The notes under the pieces: model-generated
What the model was told of the DNA's origin: nothing
Database searches by the model: none
The model's input: the letters and a program-made list of their open reading frames with translations, nothing else
Source: Azolla caroliniana
Taxonomy: Eukaryota; Plantae; Polypodiophyta
Length of the DNA: 64,000 nt
Reading direction: 5' to 3'
Assembly (NCBI GenBank): GCA_043228905.1
Contig: JBHGNT010000007.1
Coordinates: forward strand, 2,108,001-2,172,000
Made by a program: the position numbers and the translations under genes
Shown here: piece by piece, positions 12,729 to 27,148 of the stretch
How positions within the stretch are numbered: position 1 is the stretch's first letter
How the letters are laid out: every line of letters begins with the position of its first letter

Positions 12729-13524
12729 TGTAAGACTGTCCCTCCTTGTGGGGGAGTCGGCCAAAAGTCAACTCTAGAGTCGGCTGGTCGAAATCGGCTG
12801 AGAAGCCGAAACGAGTTAGCTGACCGAAATCGGCTGAAAAGCCGAAACGAGAGTCGGCTAGCCGAAATCGGTCAGAAAGCCAAAACGAGAATCGGCTGGC
12901 CGAAATCAGTCAAAAAGCCGAAATGAGAGTCAGTTGGTCGAATTCGGTCAAAGAAACAAAATAGGAGTCAGTGAGGGGAGAGAGGGAAAAGGGGAATGGT
13001 GATAGTCAAAGGATTGATAAGTGTAAGGATTGATGGGGTTATAAGTATGTATATGTGTCATAAGTGGGGGATTATGATGAGTGATGAGTGGGGGTGGGAT
13101 TTAAGAAGAGGGGGATTATAGGGCTGGGATATAAAAAGAACATAGTATTAAGTGGGAGTATTTATGGATTTATGTTTAGTTTTGATAATAGGGGAATGAA
13201 TAGACATGGACTTAGTCCAACATATGAAGGGTCGCGATAGTTTAGATTGTTAGTTTAGATTGTTGGGGATCTGTGAGTAAATCTGTGTGTAGGTTTTCTA
13301 ACAAGTCATGAAATCCTAATCTAAGTGTATCTTTTGTATACCTAAGTTTGAAGATGCATAAGTGATAAGTGGGGGTGGGCTGTACGAAGAGGGGGATCAT
13401 AGAAGTGTGACATAAAAAGAATATAGTATTATGTGGACGTATTTAAGAGGGGGATTATAGGGGTGGGATTATCTTTTGCAATAGTTTAGATTGTTGGGAA
13501 CCGACAAGAAAAAAGAAAGAAATA

Positions 13525-13580
<56 letters not shown>
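12729..13580. mobile_element. Probable LTR-like or other TE-derived repeat
   Basis: Begins TGTAAG at the break in the shared block; contains a tandem array, an internal duplication (13080-13170 vs 13365-13450) and (GA)n; far end not defined. Confidence 0.45.
12777..12972. repeat. ~38-bp tandem repeat, about 5 copies
   Basis: GAGTCGGCTGGCCGAAATCGGTCAAAAAGCCGAAACGA-like units starting near 12777, 12813, 12851, 12889 and 12927. Confidence 0.9.
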
Positions 13581-14329
13581 CAGTGGCATCTTAGATTAAC
13601 AATGATTAGGGCCGTCAATGTTTATTCTATTTACGTATCAGTTTAGTGTGGATGTCTCTAATAGGAGTAAATCTATATCTTCCTTCAGTTGGGTTTTTGC
13701 ACATATAGAGAACAATGAATCAATGCCTCATTTTCAAATTATTTTTGAGTTCGTGAGGTATTAGGGGCTATGGTTCAATTGGAATATGCGGAATGCTTTC
13801 ATTTTTAATCGCAAGTTGGGGTAAGAAAATATGTTCTAAAGTTAAAAGGACTTCTTTTGTGGCAATTGGCAGTACTAGAGTATTAGAGAAGACACGAAAT
13901 CTCAACCAAGAAGAAAGAGAACTTTGTAAGGCGGCGCAAGGTCACATATCATCATTTGAATTGATGTGTAGGGTGACATTGACTTGATGTCATAGTATTC
14001 TTTGGATCATTCATGGTTTATTGTTCTTTATCATGTGTAGGGTGACATTGAGTTTGATGTCATAGTATTCTTTGGTTTCTCATGGTTTATTGTTCTTATC
14101 GTTCCTATGGCTAGAGAAAAATAAAGGTGATATTGACGTCTAAAATAAAATAAGAAAATGTAAGACAAAGTAAGGTTGGACCTAAAGTGTGAAATGTTAA
14201 AGGACAAACCACAACATAAAGAAAAAATCCAAGTCTAGTGCTTTCTCATGGTTTAAGCAGCCTATATATGCTTTGCCCACAGGGAACAATCCCCCAAGGG
14301 ATTAACTCTCAACTAAGCTCCCCAGAAAT

Positions 14330-14429
14330 ATGGCCCTCATCTCTTCCGCCATAGTCTTGATATTGGTACTTCATGCAAATATTCATTGCTATTCAATGTT
14401 GTGATTAAGCATGATGATCATATATGTGC

Positions 14430-14476
<47 letters not shown>

Positions 14477-15098
14477 TTACCGGATGAAGCATATCATATG
14501 TTTCATTATATAGATGTAATTGTATATTTGAATTTGGAATTATAAATCCTAAATCTTTTGATGATGTCTTTATTGATCATCATGATAGGGCTCCATTCTA
14601 ATGATGGCTCTCAATGTCTCCTCATTCTCCGCGGTATTGATCCTGCACAGCTCAACTTTCACAGATCAGGACACTCTTTCTACCATATTGCTATCTTGTG
14701 CCTTGTCATGGGACTTCCAGTCCTTCATCTTCAACTGTAAGGTCGCATACTACTGTTTGTATGTAATCTTTGTGAAAGGCATACAGCTTGGTTCGGATGC
14801 GCTTGGCACTCACAGTCGAGAAGATGTGGACATCGCCATTTCCAGAGCTTTGCGGAACCAATCCCGTGGGTTCAGAGCGCTCTTATATGTCTCCCTCCCT
14901 ATCTACTTATGCTTCTTAGTTGGTGTTGTTGCGGCCATATTAGTTTTGATCCCATTGATCATCACAACTTTGTGGCTCCATTTCTTTGGCAATGACAGAG
15001 ACTCCAACACGATTCTGAGTGGTATCATTGAGGCCCATCAAGACAACCAAAATTATAATCACCGTCCACAATCCGACATAATTGCTGATATAGTCTGA
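14330..15098 (+). CDS. DUF599-like membrane protein, copy 2 (exons 14330-14365, 14589-15098; ~181 aa)
   Basis: Exon 1 MALISSAIVLIL, donor GTACTT, acceptor catgatAG|GGC TCC ATT CTA ATG in frame; homologous to copy 1 including the EAHQDNQ...PQS tail; TATATA at about 14263. Confidence 0.85.
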
Positions 15099-15099
15099 A

Positions 15100-15791
15100 A
15101 AGAATGAGATGTTTTGAGGGTTTGTAAATGATGAGAAGTTTTTAGGGTTATATAAACCCCAAACCCTACACCGGCCATTCCAAGGTGTTCTTGATTGCAA
15201 GAATACAACTTGTATTATATATATATATATGAGTTTGTATAATATAACTTGTGTCTCTATGACATGCATTTTTCTGTATGCTTGCATGAGTTTGAAAAGC
15301 TGTCTTGCTATCTATTAATGTCTATACAAAAACTGTGTTTCTTTGGGTACCCACATGTTAATTCTCAACTATATACACATATTCTTAAATCACAAAGTTA
15401 TATAGATAGATAGATATAGATATAGATATAGATATAGATATAGATATATGTATATGTATGCCCTTTTTCATTTATATAAATTTGTTCAAATTTATATAGT
15501 GGCTAATGCTGACTTGTTTCTGTTGTTTTTGATGATGTACTACTACTCTTTATATTCGTTCCAATCTGTCATTGTAGATGATGCTGCGTGTATAAGTGGT
15601 TTAAGCTTGTTCTTGGAATTATATTTGAGTTTGGCTATTATACTTAGTAGTTTGGCTAAGAAGACGATCAACCACACCAGGAGCTACATGATTAGTATGA
15701 TTACTCACTCATCTACTGTAAAAGGCCGAGTGCAGCTCATTTTAATGGCCGGCTATTCCAAAGTTTTCTTGCTAAGGAAGTATACTATATG

Positions 15792-15826
<35 letters not shown>

Positions 15827-17654
15827 TGGGCTTGTATAATATAAACATATAATTCCCAACTATACACATATTCTTATCAGAAAACTGTAACCAAAATCTC
15901 GCTAATGCAATCAGTTAGACGTCGGCTACCTATCTACCGGGAAGTCACGGATAATTCTGTGTTCAGAGTACTTCATACGATATGAATTGACGGTGGCATC
16001 TCACAGCAGATCTCCATTCTCTGTGCATAGAAATAGACAGTACCTGCTAGCAGAACAAAGACTAAACAATAATATATATGTAGAAGAAACAAGAACCATC
16101 CATTGCCCATAAATATCATACTAATGTCTCCTCTGGCGTGATGACTATGTCATACTTCTGGCTTCATCAATGATTGCACGATATGTGAAATTGAGGCATT
16201 GATTCCAGGTGTAGTATAATTTGGGGAAATTAAGATATAACTACTCAGATCTACCTGTAAGATGTAGCTGCTTGATTAAATCAATTTGTCTCTTCATCAG
16301 GTCAATGGCACCTCTCTTCCTTCATATGCCATTCCATTTCGCTAGCGCTTGGATTTAGTGCCCCATCTCTGTATAAGACACCACTTTCGAATTGGGATCT
16401 GTATGTGTATACATACCCTGGAAAACACATAAACACAAGCAGAAATCTGTGCTTAAATCCAAGATATTTGCGAGAACGCCGAGGATAAAAGATGCGAAGC
16501 TATCTTCTTCTGATCATTTACTGATCTTTCAGTTGACCTTATCCATTGGTCTATTTCATTTGATTTGTCCGGCCGCCCAAGTGTGAAATCCAGATGCCTC
16601 CCGTTCTTGCTCCGTTGAGTCTCTACTTTTCTTCGTTTCCTTTTGATTTCAACACATAATATTTGTCATTAATAAGAAAGTGTCCGAAAAACCGAGAAGG
16701 ATGTTACATTCACTCGAAAAACCCATGAGTATTTGGCACCGATTGAAGGGTTACCTATTCGCGGCCATTCCAACCTCTCTCTGATAAACAAAGTGTATGG
16801 AAAGACCTTCGACTATACATAGTTCCTAGACATTTGACTAGAATACTCTCCACATCCAAAAGTTCAAGTTGTAAAAGTACTCCCCGATGATCCAACGCAA
16901 TTGTTAGACCTTATCATTTGTGGGCTTACGTTGAAGATCAAGCCACGAGGGAGGCTCGAGATGGGTTCACTCCCTTGCTTCCTACTTGGGCATTCATGCA
17001 CTATGACTCCCAACTCCCCTCACTGCCTAGTCCTTGACCTAGCAAAAGCCTTAGGAGGATCGTTAACGACACATCAGATTGTTGATGCACCATTACAATG
17101 AAAGGTTGATAAATCGAAATTGGTGAAAATTCACCTTGAAACTGATCTTGGCTACATAAAAAAGGAAAATTAACAACAAAATTTGGTCATAATAGCCAAT
17201 GAAGGTAGCAGAAAGGGACATCCACAAGAAACGTGTGGCATAATGATGTGTATTGCGATGCGCCGCATTGTGATGTGCTTAACAAAGGCATCGTATAATG
17301 ATGCGTTTTTCAAAAACAAATTAAAAAATAAGGAAAAAGGGATGCATAATCTCCCTTTTTCACATATCGATCCTTCATCTTGGCATCAAGGAAGAGCAAC
17401 AAAGAGACATTGAGAAACAAACCAACACCGAGCTTCTCCCCTCACCCATCAACATGTACATTTAGGGTTAGGGTTAGGATTATTTATTTATTTTACACAT
17501 AAAAATGCAGGCACAAACATGCACAATAAGATGGAATTATCGAGCCCCTTCTACAGTTTGTACATAATATGGATGCCTATAAAATTTTATAACTAAAGCA
17601 AAGAGTTTTTTGGTTTGGCAAAAAGAAAACATTCAAAGAAATGAGCAATCACAT
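15100..17654 (+). repeat. Shared 3'-flank block, + orientation
   Basis: Pieces match 170-470, 47900-49200 and the reverse complement of 11540-12720. Confidence 0.85.
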
Positions 17655-19860
17655 TGTTATCTGTGGGACAAAAGGCATGAGGTGTGAAACGAATCTTAAA
17701 AAAGGAGACGAGTAGGTCACTATGAAAAGGAGAATCAACCCGAGCACTGGCAGCCGAGGAAGGTAAAACGAATACAAACTGCGGTAAATAAAGGCTGAGA
17801 ATCAGGAGTAGGTTGTTAAAGCATGCCAAGAAAAGGAGAGGCTATATAAATCGACAAACAACGAAAAAATAGGGAATATACATATTTTTAAGCTATAGAA
17901 CAGAGGGAGAATATTGATATATGTATAGAGAGAAAGTAATCGATAGTTAATCGACTTCTATTATCTTTGTAACCGATATATGCAGTGATCAATACAATTA
18001 CCTTTTGGGTCACCTCTGAGTATGTTGCATCTTAATCTTTACTTTCAATCCTACTATTTATAAGCCGTAAGTGTAAATCAATCTTGATCGTCTATCGTAT
18101 AATTGTTCAGCCCTACTCGGCCCTATATTAAGTCCCCTACGCAACCACGATTCCTTGACCTAATTACTCATGGGAGTAATCAAAGCTCCATCTGCAAGGA
18201 GACAACACAATTTGGCACGCCTGGTTCATGTTGTGAGGTCACAACAAATAGTGTAGGAGGAAACCCTAGTCGCCATTAAGGTGCCCACCCGTAGCACACG
18301 TTCTCGAGTACAATCTCGCCGCGCTGAACTAGACGAGGGAACTTCCCACTTGATGCTCACGTAATAATCATCGTCAGAGCTATCTGAGTCACGCCACTCT
18401 CAACCGTTGGTGCCTCGCACCAGACACTCAATCAAACGTGGGCTCTGACCCCGTTTCGCCTCACAGTCCTCCCGAAGTCAACCAAGAAGAATACCACCCC
18501 TTTCCAGCGCTACCCGAAGACCCCAACTTTGATACCATGCCATATCCGTATCAGAATTACACGGATGGCGCTAATGCCGAATCGCACATTCGATCTTTTG
18601 TCGACTTGGCAAGCCAACCATTCAACGCATCATCTCACCGCTATTAAGGATGACGCATCGAAAATCGCGGAGTTCACACTACCCCTCGATGGACCCACCA
18701 TACAGTTGTATTTCCTCCACGATCTCGATGAATTTGCGACGTTTGAGGAAGTCCATAATCGATTCCTCAAACTTTTCCATCACGAGATATCGAAGCACGA
18801 ACTCCTCAGTCAGTTCTACGCCATTGCACAAGAACCACATGAAATGGTTTCACAGTTTACGATTAGCTTCCAGGATCTCTATCGGCAGGTAGGTCAAGAT
18901 GTGTCTACGAATTATTGTTAAGCGCTTGGATCACACCACAACCGGTAATGAAGAAGAGCCCATCGACAAGGACGTAGTATGGCTAAAGGACCTACGAAGA
19001 GGGAACGACAAGAGGAAAGAGGACTAAGGGACACCCAAGTGTGAAAGGTCCACACCCTAAATGTAAATGCTATGTAAACCACATAGTGGTGGCTTTGTAA
19101 GGGTTCTTCCATTTGTAAAGATCTCCCTATTGATTAAGAGCTACAACTTCCTCTCCTCCTGCTTGTAACCTTTAAGCTTAGGAGTTTTCAGATGTCTTTG
19201 AGAAGTGTTTAGTTAGAGAACACTAATCTCTCTTCCTTGTTGGTGCTAGACCTCTTAGCAAAGAGGGTTAATAACATATTCACTATTCTTATTGTTTACA
19301 TTCATTACCCTATTGTCTATGAGAGCGAGCTTGAGAGAGTGACAGAGATATCGTGCTTAATCATCTATTAATCGTTAAGTGAGTGAGAGAGTGACAGAGA
19401 CTCGGTGGTGTCTAACAACCATCTCCGCCCGATTCACCATCAAAAGGGTATATGCCGGTCTGAACTCCGCGAACGACATCGAGGACTTAACTCCATCGAT
19501 ACATAGATCCTACACAATCATCTATATTCCTCGCAGGATTACATGAGCATCTTCGCACAATGTTAGCCTTAACCGACTTCTCACAATAAACAATCGAGCA
19601 GGTGGTCGCCCGCGTCCTCGTTGTGGATACAACTTAGCATAATACCTCTTTCTCTGTGGGATTCCTCTAAAGTGTCTTCCCGACACATCAAGAAACCCAA
19701 TTTCGGCCGGCAATCCAATGCATGACATGCTCTAACTCCGGCTATTCGGCCGTCGAGTGCGCTCTAGTATGCCAAATCGAGCCCTGCCACGATCGTCCTC
19801 GATAGGATGATCGCGATCATCCGCCACTTAGAAATCAGGTTCCCCATTTTTGGTATTTTC
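17655..19860 (+). mobile_element. Truncated Ty3/Gypsy element: 5' LTR, PBS and gag relic
   Basis: TG start at the break in the shared block; LTR ends about 18209; PBS TGGCACGCC at 18213; retrotransposon-gag-like frames 18438-18921 (FATFEEVHNRFLKLF, QEPHEMVSQFTISF). The 3' boundary is approximate. Confidence 0.75.
18916..19417 (+). mobile_element. Solo LTR nested in the Gypsy gag
   Basis: TGTTAAG...CTAACA termini; flanks attat/accat look like a 5-bp TSD with two C/T changes. Confidence 0.65.
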
Positions 19861-19869
19861 CTCTCTCTC

Positions 19870-20557
19870 TCTCTCCTCATATGTATTCTAAGTATTCTAA
19901 CTTTTTTAAAAAAATACTTAGAATACGTAATTTATAGATAAAGTACGTTAAATACTTAGAATACGTTGTCGTAGTGTAATTTACACACTACGTGGAAATT
20001 GCATTTTGTCCATCCGGATAGAGAATGAAATACCCGGTGAGAACCGGACGAAGAGAAACCGGCAAGGAGGAATCGGCAAACCGGCAAGGAGAAAGGAGAT
20101 CGTGAGATAAAGATTAATTATGAGTAGATAACAATGAGAAAGATAAGAAACTCGTGAATCACACGAGTATCCTATATTAATTGGTACTTAGGTTGTTAAG
20201 AAAGAAGTAGATGCATAAATCGTGAATCTCACGAATAATTTTTATATTGATCAATACTTAATCCAAATTAACCCCAGCGGTTCCCACCCGACTCACGTAA
20301 CGATCCGGCGCCGAGAGGCACGACAACGTGTAGAATACTTGTAAAATACGTTAAATACTTTTTAAAATTGTAAGTTTTTTTTTTCAAAAAAAAGAAAATA
20401 TTTTTAGAAATGATAAATACTTGTTAAACATGTTGAATACGTAGAATACGTCAAATTTTTAGAAATGGCAATTCTAAAACGTAGAATACATTTAGAATAT
20501 TTCAAAGTATTCTAAAACGTACTCTAAACGTAGAATACGCGTATATTAACAACTATG
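19870..20557. mobile_element. One-ended hAT-like non-autonomous element
   Basis: Many TAGAATAC(G) subterminal repeats; right end TTAACAACTATG (reverse complement CATAGTTGTTAA) resembles hAT termini; no left TIR seen. Confidence 0.55.
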
Positions 20558-22385
20558 ACTACGCCCTTACTGATATGGTAGCTTCGTAGATGACATGAAG
20601 AGACTATGCAGTCCCAGTAAACTTTTGTAACCGATTCAAAATCACAATATTTGCAGCTTTGCCATTATCATAATATAATTGGGGAAGTGAACATATGCTT
20701 GAATACATTCGAACAAATACACAAAGAGTTATATAAAACATCCTATAAATCTAAGATACACATATGTATGTCCACCACAGGATGAAATTGAATATGAGGA
20801 GGCACGTTCCAACAAATGTACCATGTCCTTCTTGGTTTTGTCCAACGCGTTCTCTTTAATGACAAATATTATGCGTAGAAATGAAACAAAAATGAATCCT
20901 CATTGTCAGTCATTCGGAAGACTAGAAAGAAGAAAGAAAGAAAGATATATTAACGTCTTCTAAGGCCAAATTTGGCCCATGAGACAATTGGTTTACAACA
21001 AAAATGAGTGTTTATCCAATCATCAAAACTAAAATAAAAGAAAATAGCTTAAGTACAAAACTTTGCACTAAGCCTAATCTCATTTCCACCCAAGTCTCTC
21101 AAAAAGAAGTGGGAGGTCAAAAGTTTTTGATGTAGGTGTGACCCATGGTCCCGATGCATGGAGTGCCCTAGTCATGGCTTCTAGGTGGTGTAGTTCATGT
21201 TCCCTTATTTTCTTTATTGCTTCTACATCTCGTCGAGTTGCTTTGAAACCCGGCATCCAAGGGCGTTTGGTTCTTCTTTGATTTTCTGCTTCATCAAGGA
21301 AAAGCCCGAGTGGTGCAGGTGTGTCGACATTCATTGTCTCCCCCTATTCCTGAAAAACTTCATTTGTTACATGTTGGTAAACATTAGCAACACTATTATC
21401 AACGTTTTGTAACTTATTCTCTCTGTGTTGTTTCAATTCTAAGATGTATCTACCTAATTTCTTTATATCTAGTGTATCTAATAGTTTAGGGCAGCTGGAC
21501 ACTTGTCCGATTTTACACTTGGGCAGCTGGACAAATCAAATCAATACAAAAAAGAGGAAGGAAAAGGTCAACAAAAGAGATGGTTACCTTTTGATCAAAA
21601 GAAGATATTAAGATGCTTCATACCACTGATTTATTTCTGTTGCGCCTGTTGATGCGAAGACGAGATGCTTTCATTCAATCCTCAAAACTGGCAAGGATCT
21701 TGAATCTAAGCGTAGATCCCCCATTACAAAATCTGTCTCTTTGTATTATTTCTGTCTGTAGATGGGATGCTTTTTCTAAGGGTATACGCACAGAGTTCCC
21801 AAATTTAATGAGCTATTTATATGAATCCACAACCAAATATGGAATATCGAGAGTGCCATTGCATAGATAATTGATTCCATGCAGAATGAGCGACAGAGCA
21901 CCCCATCTCTTGTCCTTGTACCGGAGATGATTATTACAGGTGCACCTGGTGCGTTATATCTTAATTCCCCCAAATTACTCTACCCCAATCAATACCTACG
22001 ATTCAAAAATCACGCAATCGTTGTTGATGAAGACAGAGGTATCTGCATGCATAACTATCATGGTCTAAACATTACACAAATACTTATGGTCGATGGAATG
22101 CTCCGCAAATGTGGGTTTCATACACGAGTATCCGTGTATAGGTGTTAGGGTTCTTAGATTCATATCTATGATCATTCATTATTTGTTCCATAGTCGTATC
22201 AAGTATTGATCAAGTGGCAGATTTTTTTGTTTTTTTCTGATAAGAATCTGTATACATGTTGGTAACCAATGAAAGAAACAGAGCATTGAGTCACAAGTTA
22301 TATATTATGTATCTAAACCCATATGTGTGTGTGTATATATATATATCAATCATTGAAACATGAACATGAGGCTGCCTCAATGGCC
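20558..22385 (-). repeat. Shared 3'-flank block, - orientation
   Basis: Reverse complement of 9680-10978 and 50480-51610, interrupted at about 20935-21490. Confidence 0.9.
20935..21490 (-). mobile_element. Probable 5'-truncated non-LTR retroelement 3' end
   Basis: Absent from paralogous blocks; (AAAG)n tail at the left; short minus ORF 21080-21334; tail-proximal sequence aacgtcttctaag...caattggttta recurs near 54480-54530. Confidence 0.5.
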
Positions 22386-22393
22386 ATGATCCT

Positions 22394-22469
22394 GAGCCAC
22401 AGAGTTGTGATAATGAAGGCGCTCAATATCGAGATTGCCCCAAGAGGACCAACTAAGAACAAGAAGTAC
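22394..22469 (-). pseudogene. Relic exon-2 fragment of a minus-strand DUF599-like copy
   Basis: Reverse strand reads YFLFLVGPLGAISILSAFIITTLWL, compared with FLVGVVAAILVLIPLIITTLWL in copy 2. Confidence 0.8.
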
Positions 22470-25400
22470 ACACACACAAACTAACAATAACATCCACATG
22501 CACATGCACATGCACATACACATAGATAAATTTACAATGAGACACACGTGCAATCAATGACTATTTCAATCCTACGTCCGATGCCCCCAGAAAGAAACTC
22601 AATATCCAATCCATAAACTCTCCAATCTATATTCCTTTCGCTTTTTTGTATATGTATACATAGATTGTATATTGGAATATATGTCTATATTGGAATAAGA
22701 AAAAAGATGAGTTGTCGGTGGAATAGATAACTTTTCTTCACCTTCAATTTCATCGTTTCCGTTATCATGCACATAAACACACACACACACACATACAAGT
22801 TAATACAGGGCCTCAATTTGACAAGTTAGTATAAAAGTTTTTTGACGGCCATTTTTAAAAGATGTATGTCATATGACACAAGAGTGCAAAAAGTAACATG
22901 TCATTTGACATACAAATTTTAACAATGAAAGTTCTATATGATGCTTCATTGTTATATATATATATATATTTATTTATTTATTTATTTTCCAAAAAAAACT
23001 CCTTCCATTAGTTATAAAATTTTACAAATGAGGCGATTATGTACAAATCCCTAAAGGGACGCGATAGTTCCATCTAATGTGGAAGCCCACTGACTCAAGA
23101 AAGGGAGAGGACAACCATTGTTGGATGAAGGCTATGCGTTGTCTTTCAACTCCCTCGGAGCCACCTTTAAGGCCATCATATTGGCTCTTCAGAGTGGCTA
23201 CAATTTCACTCCATATCTCTTGCAGTAACCTTGTTGGATGGGTGGTTTGGTTGGAGAAGACTCGCCTACATCGTTGTTTCCATAGAATCCAAAGGGTTAT
23301 TGGGCTGACCAATTCCAACACCTCTTGAGATTTGTCATTAAGAGGAAAATAGTGGACATTGCCGCTAGAGGAGAAAAGAACCTCTTGTGCTTTTATCACC
23401 AAAGTCATCCCCTCCTCCGGATGCTCGTATTGGCCAATTGCAGCCTGCCATGATAGCCAACATATATTTCCCCACTTGATTGAACCTTGCACCTCGCATA
23501 ATTGCAACAAGCGGCCAACCCCCCACCATGTTCTATGGGACGTTGGGCAGTCCCACAGAGCGTGTCGTATGGATTCTACTGCATGTGGGCACTCTACACA
23601 ATTAGGAGAGCTAAGGTTCCCACGTTGCCATGCTCCCACCGGTAGGGACTTATGTATTAACAACCATTGGAAAGTGGTAATTCGCCTTGCGTGTTGTTGC
23701 TTCCAGATTTTCTGCCAAAACTTGGTGATTATTGCGGAGGGAACTTGAAATGTGTGCCAGACCTTCGCAGCAGCCGGTTCTCGGGTGGCTTGAGCAGTTA
23801 GAATTTGGCGACCCAATCTAGTTGTGAATTGGAAGAAAGGGATGGGTTTGCTTCCTTGCCCCGCATAGGGATCACGCCATGTCCATTGCAAATGGTCCCA
23901 ACTGATCTTACGTAGCCATGTGTTTTCATGAGTACATGTATGCCAATCGGGTTGTACTTTGATCGGATCAGGATCTACAATCCATTTATGACCAGTGTAC
24001 GCGAGTACTCGAATGGCGTTATTCTGTGTGGGTGTCTCAATGTCTCTCACTTCATGGCCTTCAAGCATGTTTGGTGATCCCCTACCTCTCGAGATTAGAG
24101 AGCCCTCCTCCTCGTGGCCTATACATTTCTCCATTGTCATCCTTTGAGTAGCAGATTCCCTAATCAATAACGCGTTAATGATTTCCGATCTCATAGTCCA
24201 TCCACCCCTGATTCCATGGAGTATGTTCGCTTGATCTTGTAGTGGCATTGACATAAACCGTCGCCAACATTCAGTACTTTTGCCTGGACCTTCTGCAATG
24301 TATCCCCATGACAACCCCTTACGTGATCCCAGTAGTTGATTAGATTCATCCTTGAGACATGGGTTCCATAGAATACGTTGACTGAGCCAGGCAGGTTCGG
24401 ATCTCGGTTGATCACACTGGAGCCCCCGACGAATGTCACACCATGCCTTCCACATGGATGCACTGAATCTGTCCTCCAATTGGCAGGAGAAACTAGGTTT
24501 GAGATCCATGTTTAGAATCCATCCCGTTTGGGGGGCCCAATTGACCCCTTTTCGTGGCCTAAAGTAAGCGAAACGTAACCTCAATAGCATTTTCCAACAA
24601 TCATTTCGTGGTTGGAGTCCTCGCACCACAAATTTGGCAAGTAAGGCTTTCGATTGTGAAAGGGGATCAATAAGACCCAATGCCCCTCTCGACTTAGGCG
24701 TTGTGAGTATAGGCCACGCCACCTTGGCGCGAGCTACATGGTCTTCCTTACCAGACCAAATGTAGTTGCGAACCAGTCGTTGAATTTGATGTATACTTTC
24801 CTTGGAGATTGTCCAGCATGATAGACTGTACCATGCTGTTGCGAGGAGTACCTGATTTGCCACTATGATGCGACCTGCTAGTGACAATTGTTTAGAGCTC
24901 CAATGTATCAACTTTTGTCGAATGGAGAGGATAACGGGTGCAATCATAGTCTCCGGTGGTATGTTGAAGCCAATTTGGAAGCCCAAATATTTGGTGCTCG
25001 CTCCTTGATTGATCCACTTGAAAGCAGGGTGAGGGTGCCACGCCGGATGTGTTTCCTGAGAAAGCCATATTGCACAAGATTTGTGCCAATTGATCATGGC
25101 GTTGGATCGCTTGCAAAATAAAACTAGCCCACTTTCTAGCTTTTGGAGGTTTTCCAGGTAGACTGTTGTGTCATATGCAAATTCTATATCCAGGATGCTT
25201 TGGTAAGAATGAGGTATGGGAAGACCACATAGGTTGAGATGCCGCGAGTTGAGAAAGCAAGAGAGTGCTTCGGCGTATAATAGAAATAAGGATGGAGCTA
25301 GTGGACATCCCTGTCGTACAGAGCGGGATATTCAGAAAAAGGGGCCCCTTTCACCTGCCAACGAAACACAACTGCTGCCATTCCTATAAAATCCTGCAAT

Positions 25401-27108
25401 GCCTTTGATCCATGTCTCTTGAAAGCAGAGTTTCCTCATCACACTTTCTAGAAAGTTCCAGCATACCCTGTCATAGGCTTTCTCAAAATCTAGTAGCACC
25501 ACCGCTACCTTCTTGTTGATCTGCTTGGCAAGGGCTATTGCTTCCCAAAATGAGAAGAGGTTGTCTAGGATGCTCCGATTTCTAACGAAACCTGTCTGTG
25601 ACGGATGAATGAGTTGAGGAAGAAGTGGAGTTAAACGGCGTGCCACGATTTTTGCGAGCAACTTATAGACAGTATTGAGAAGAGTAATGGGCCGCCACTT
25701 GTGAATGTCGTTGGCATTCCCACCACGTTTAGGAATGAGATGTATCATCCCCTGTCCAAATTCCTCCGGCATGCTTCTAGAGGTGATGATCTCCTCATAT
25801 GCCTAGAGGAGGTCTTCTTTAATAGTGCCCCAAAGGCATGTGAAAAAGTGCGGGGTGAGACCGTCAATTCCGGGGCAGCTCTCAACATCTAAATTAGTGA
25901 GGGCCTCCAAAATCTCAATGATTGATAGAGGACGCACAAGCCATGTATTCATTTCCGGTGTGACTTTCTCGGGTATGCTTTGGAGGATAATATCATCGCT
26001 TATGTCTTCCTCTGTAGCTATCATGTCTTCGGTAAGTAGGCGGCTATTATAATACCTTGTGGCAATATTCCTCATTTCGTCGCCATCCTCAGTGGTTGTT
26101 CCATCCTCCCGGTTGAGGCTACGCATCACAGTTCTAGCGTGCCTCGGGCCTTTGGAGCGGAAGAATTGCTTTGTGGTTTTGTCCCCTACTCGAATCCATC
26201 GTGCCATGCTGCCATGAAACTCCATGTCGTATATTGCCCCCGGGGACTCCACTATATATAAGACGGTTGTATCACGTGCGTTCATGACATCATTTATAAA
26301 CCCCTTATACGTATGGTTTTTACTATTTTAGTGACCCTTTTGTAGAAAAAAGATTAATAAAAATACCCCTTACTACCAATATATTTTTTGATAACCACCC
26401 ATTTTAAATACCCTTACATATAAAATATACATGCACACATAGTTTCCAATCCTAGCAAGGATCAATGACCGCTTGTACAATTGATGACTCGCAAAATTAT
26501 GAATGAACATTAAACATCATATGCAATTCCTAGAAATGCTTCATCAAGTGCCACATAGATTGAAAACACAATGTGTAAAGTACAAAGTAATGCACACACA
26601 ATTAGGAAACATTACCCAAAACACTAGAGGTATAACATACATAAGCTGCATATAAGTTTTTTTTTTAGTTTATTGAGACATATGAAGAATATAGCGTGAT
26701 AAAAAAAATGTAATTTAAAAGAAAACAATCTTGAACTTGATATATATATCTCAAAGAGAAGATGTGGAACAATCCAAAATGCATATCAATAATGAAATTA
26801 CTAACAAATTAACCTTATGTTTAGTTTCATGGATAGACTCATACGAAGCCGTAACATTATTTTTTCTCTTCTTGTTTCCCATTCAAAATATTATTTTTTG
26901 TGTACACAAAGGAAAATGGTTCATAAAATATACCATCCTCAATTATTTCGACTCGGATCTTTGCATATATAAGAGTTCCTCTCCACTTACAATGCCCAAA
27001 TGTTTATCTTCATCATCCCTCTCATGTTCAAACACTTCAATAATAGATTCTTCACCATTATCTACAAATAGAATGACCCACCTATCACTTTTCATATAAC
27101 CATACATC

Positions 27109-27148
<40 letters not shown>

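Noticed and set aside
12777-12972. CRISPR-like look of the 38-bp array (also 1812-2330, 28475-28720, 50372-50477)
   Set aside because: Units are head-to-tail with no unique spacers, there are no cas genes, and the context is eukaryotic.
16720-16770. THEYLAP, resembling an AGC kinase activation loop (also GHEYLAP near 52945, minus)
   Set aside because: No DFG, HRD or DWW motifs nearby, and flanking frames are not conserved between copies.
16905-17010. PYHLWAY...W as the missing DUF599 N-terminal exon
   Set aside because: It lies downstream of the gene, is on the opposite strand where it sits upstream of copy 1, and the frame is broken in other copies.
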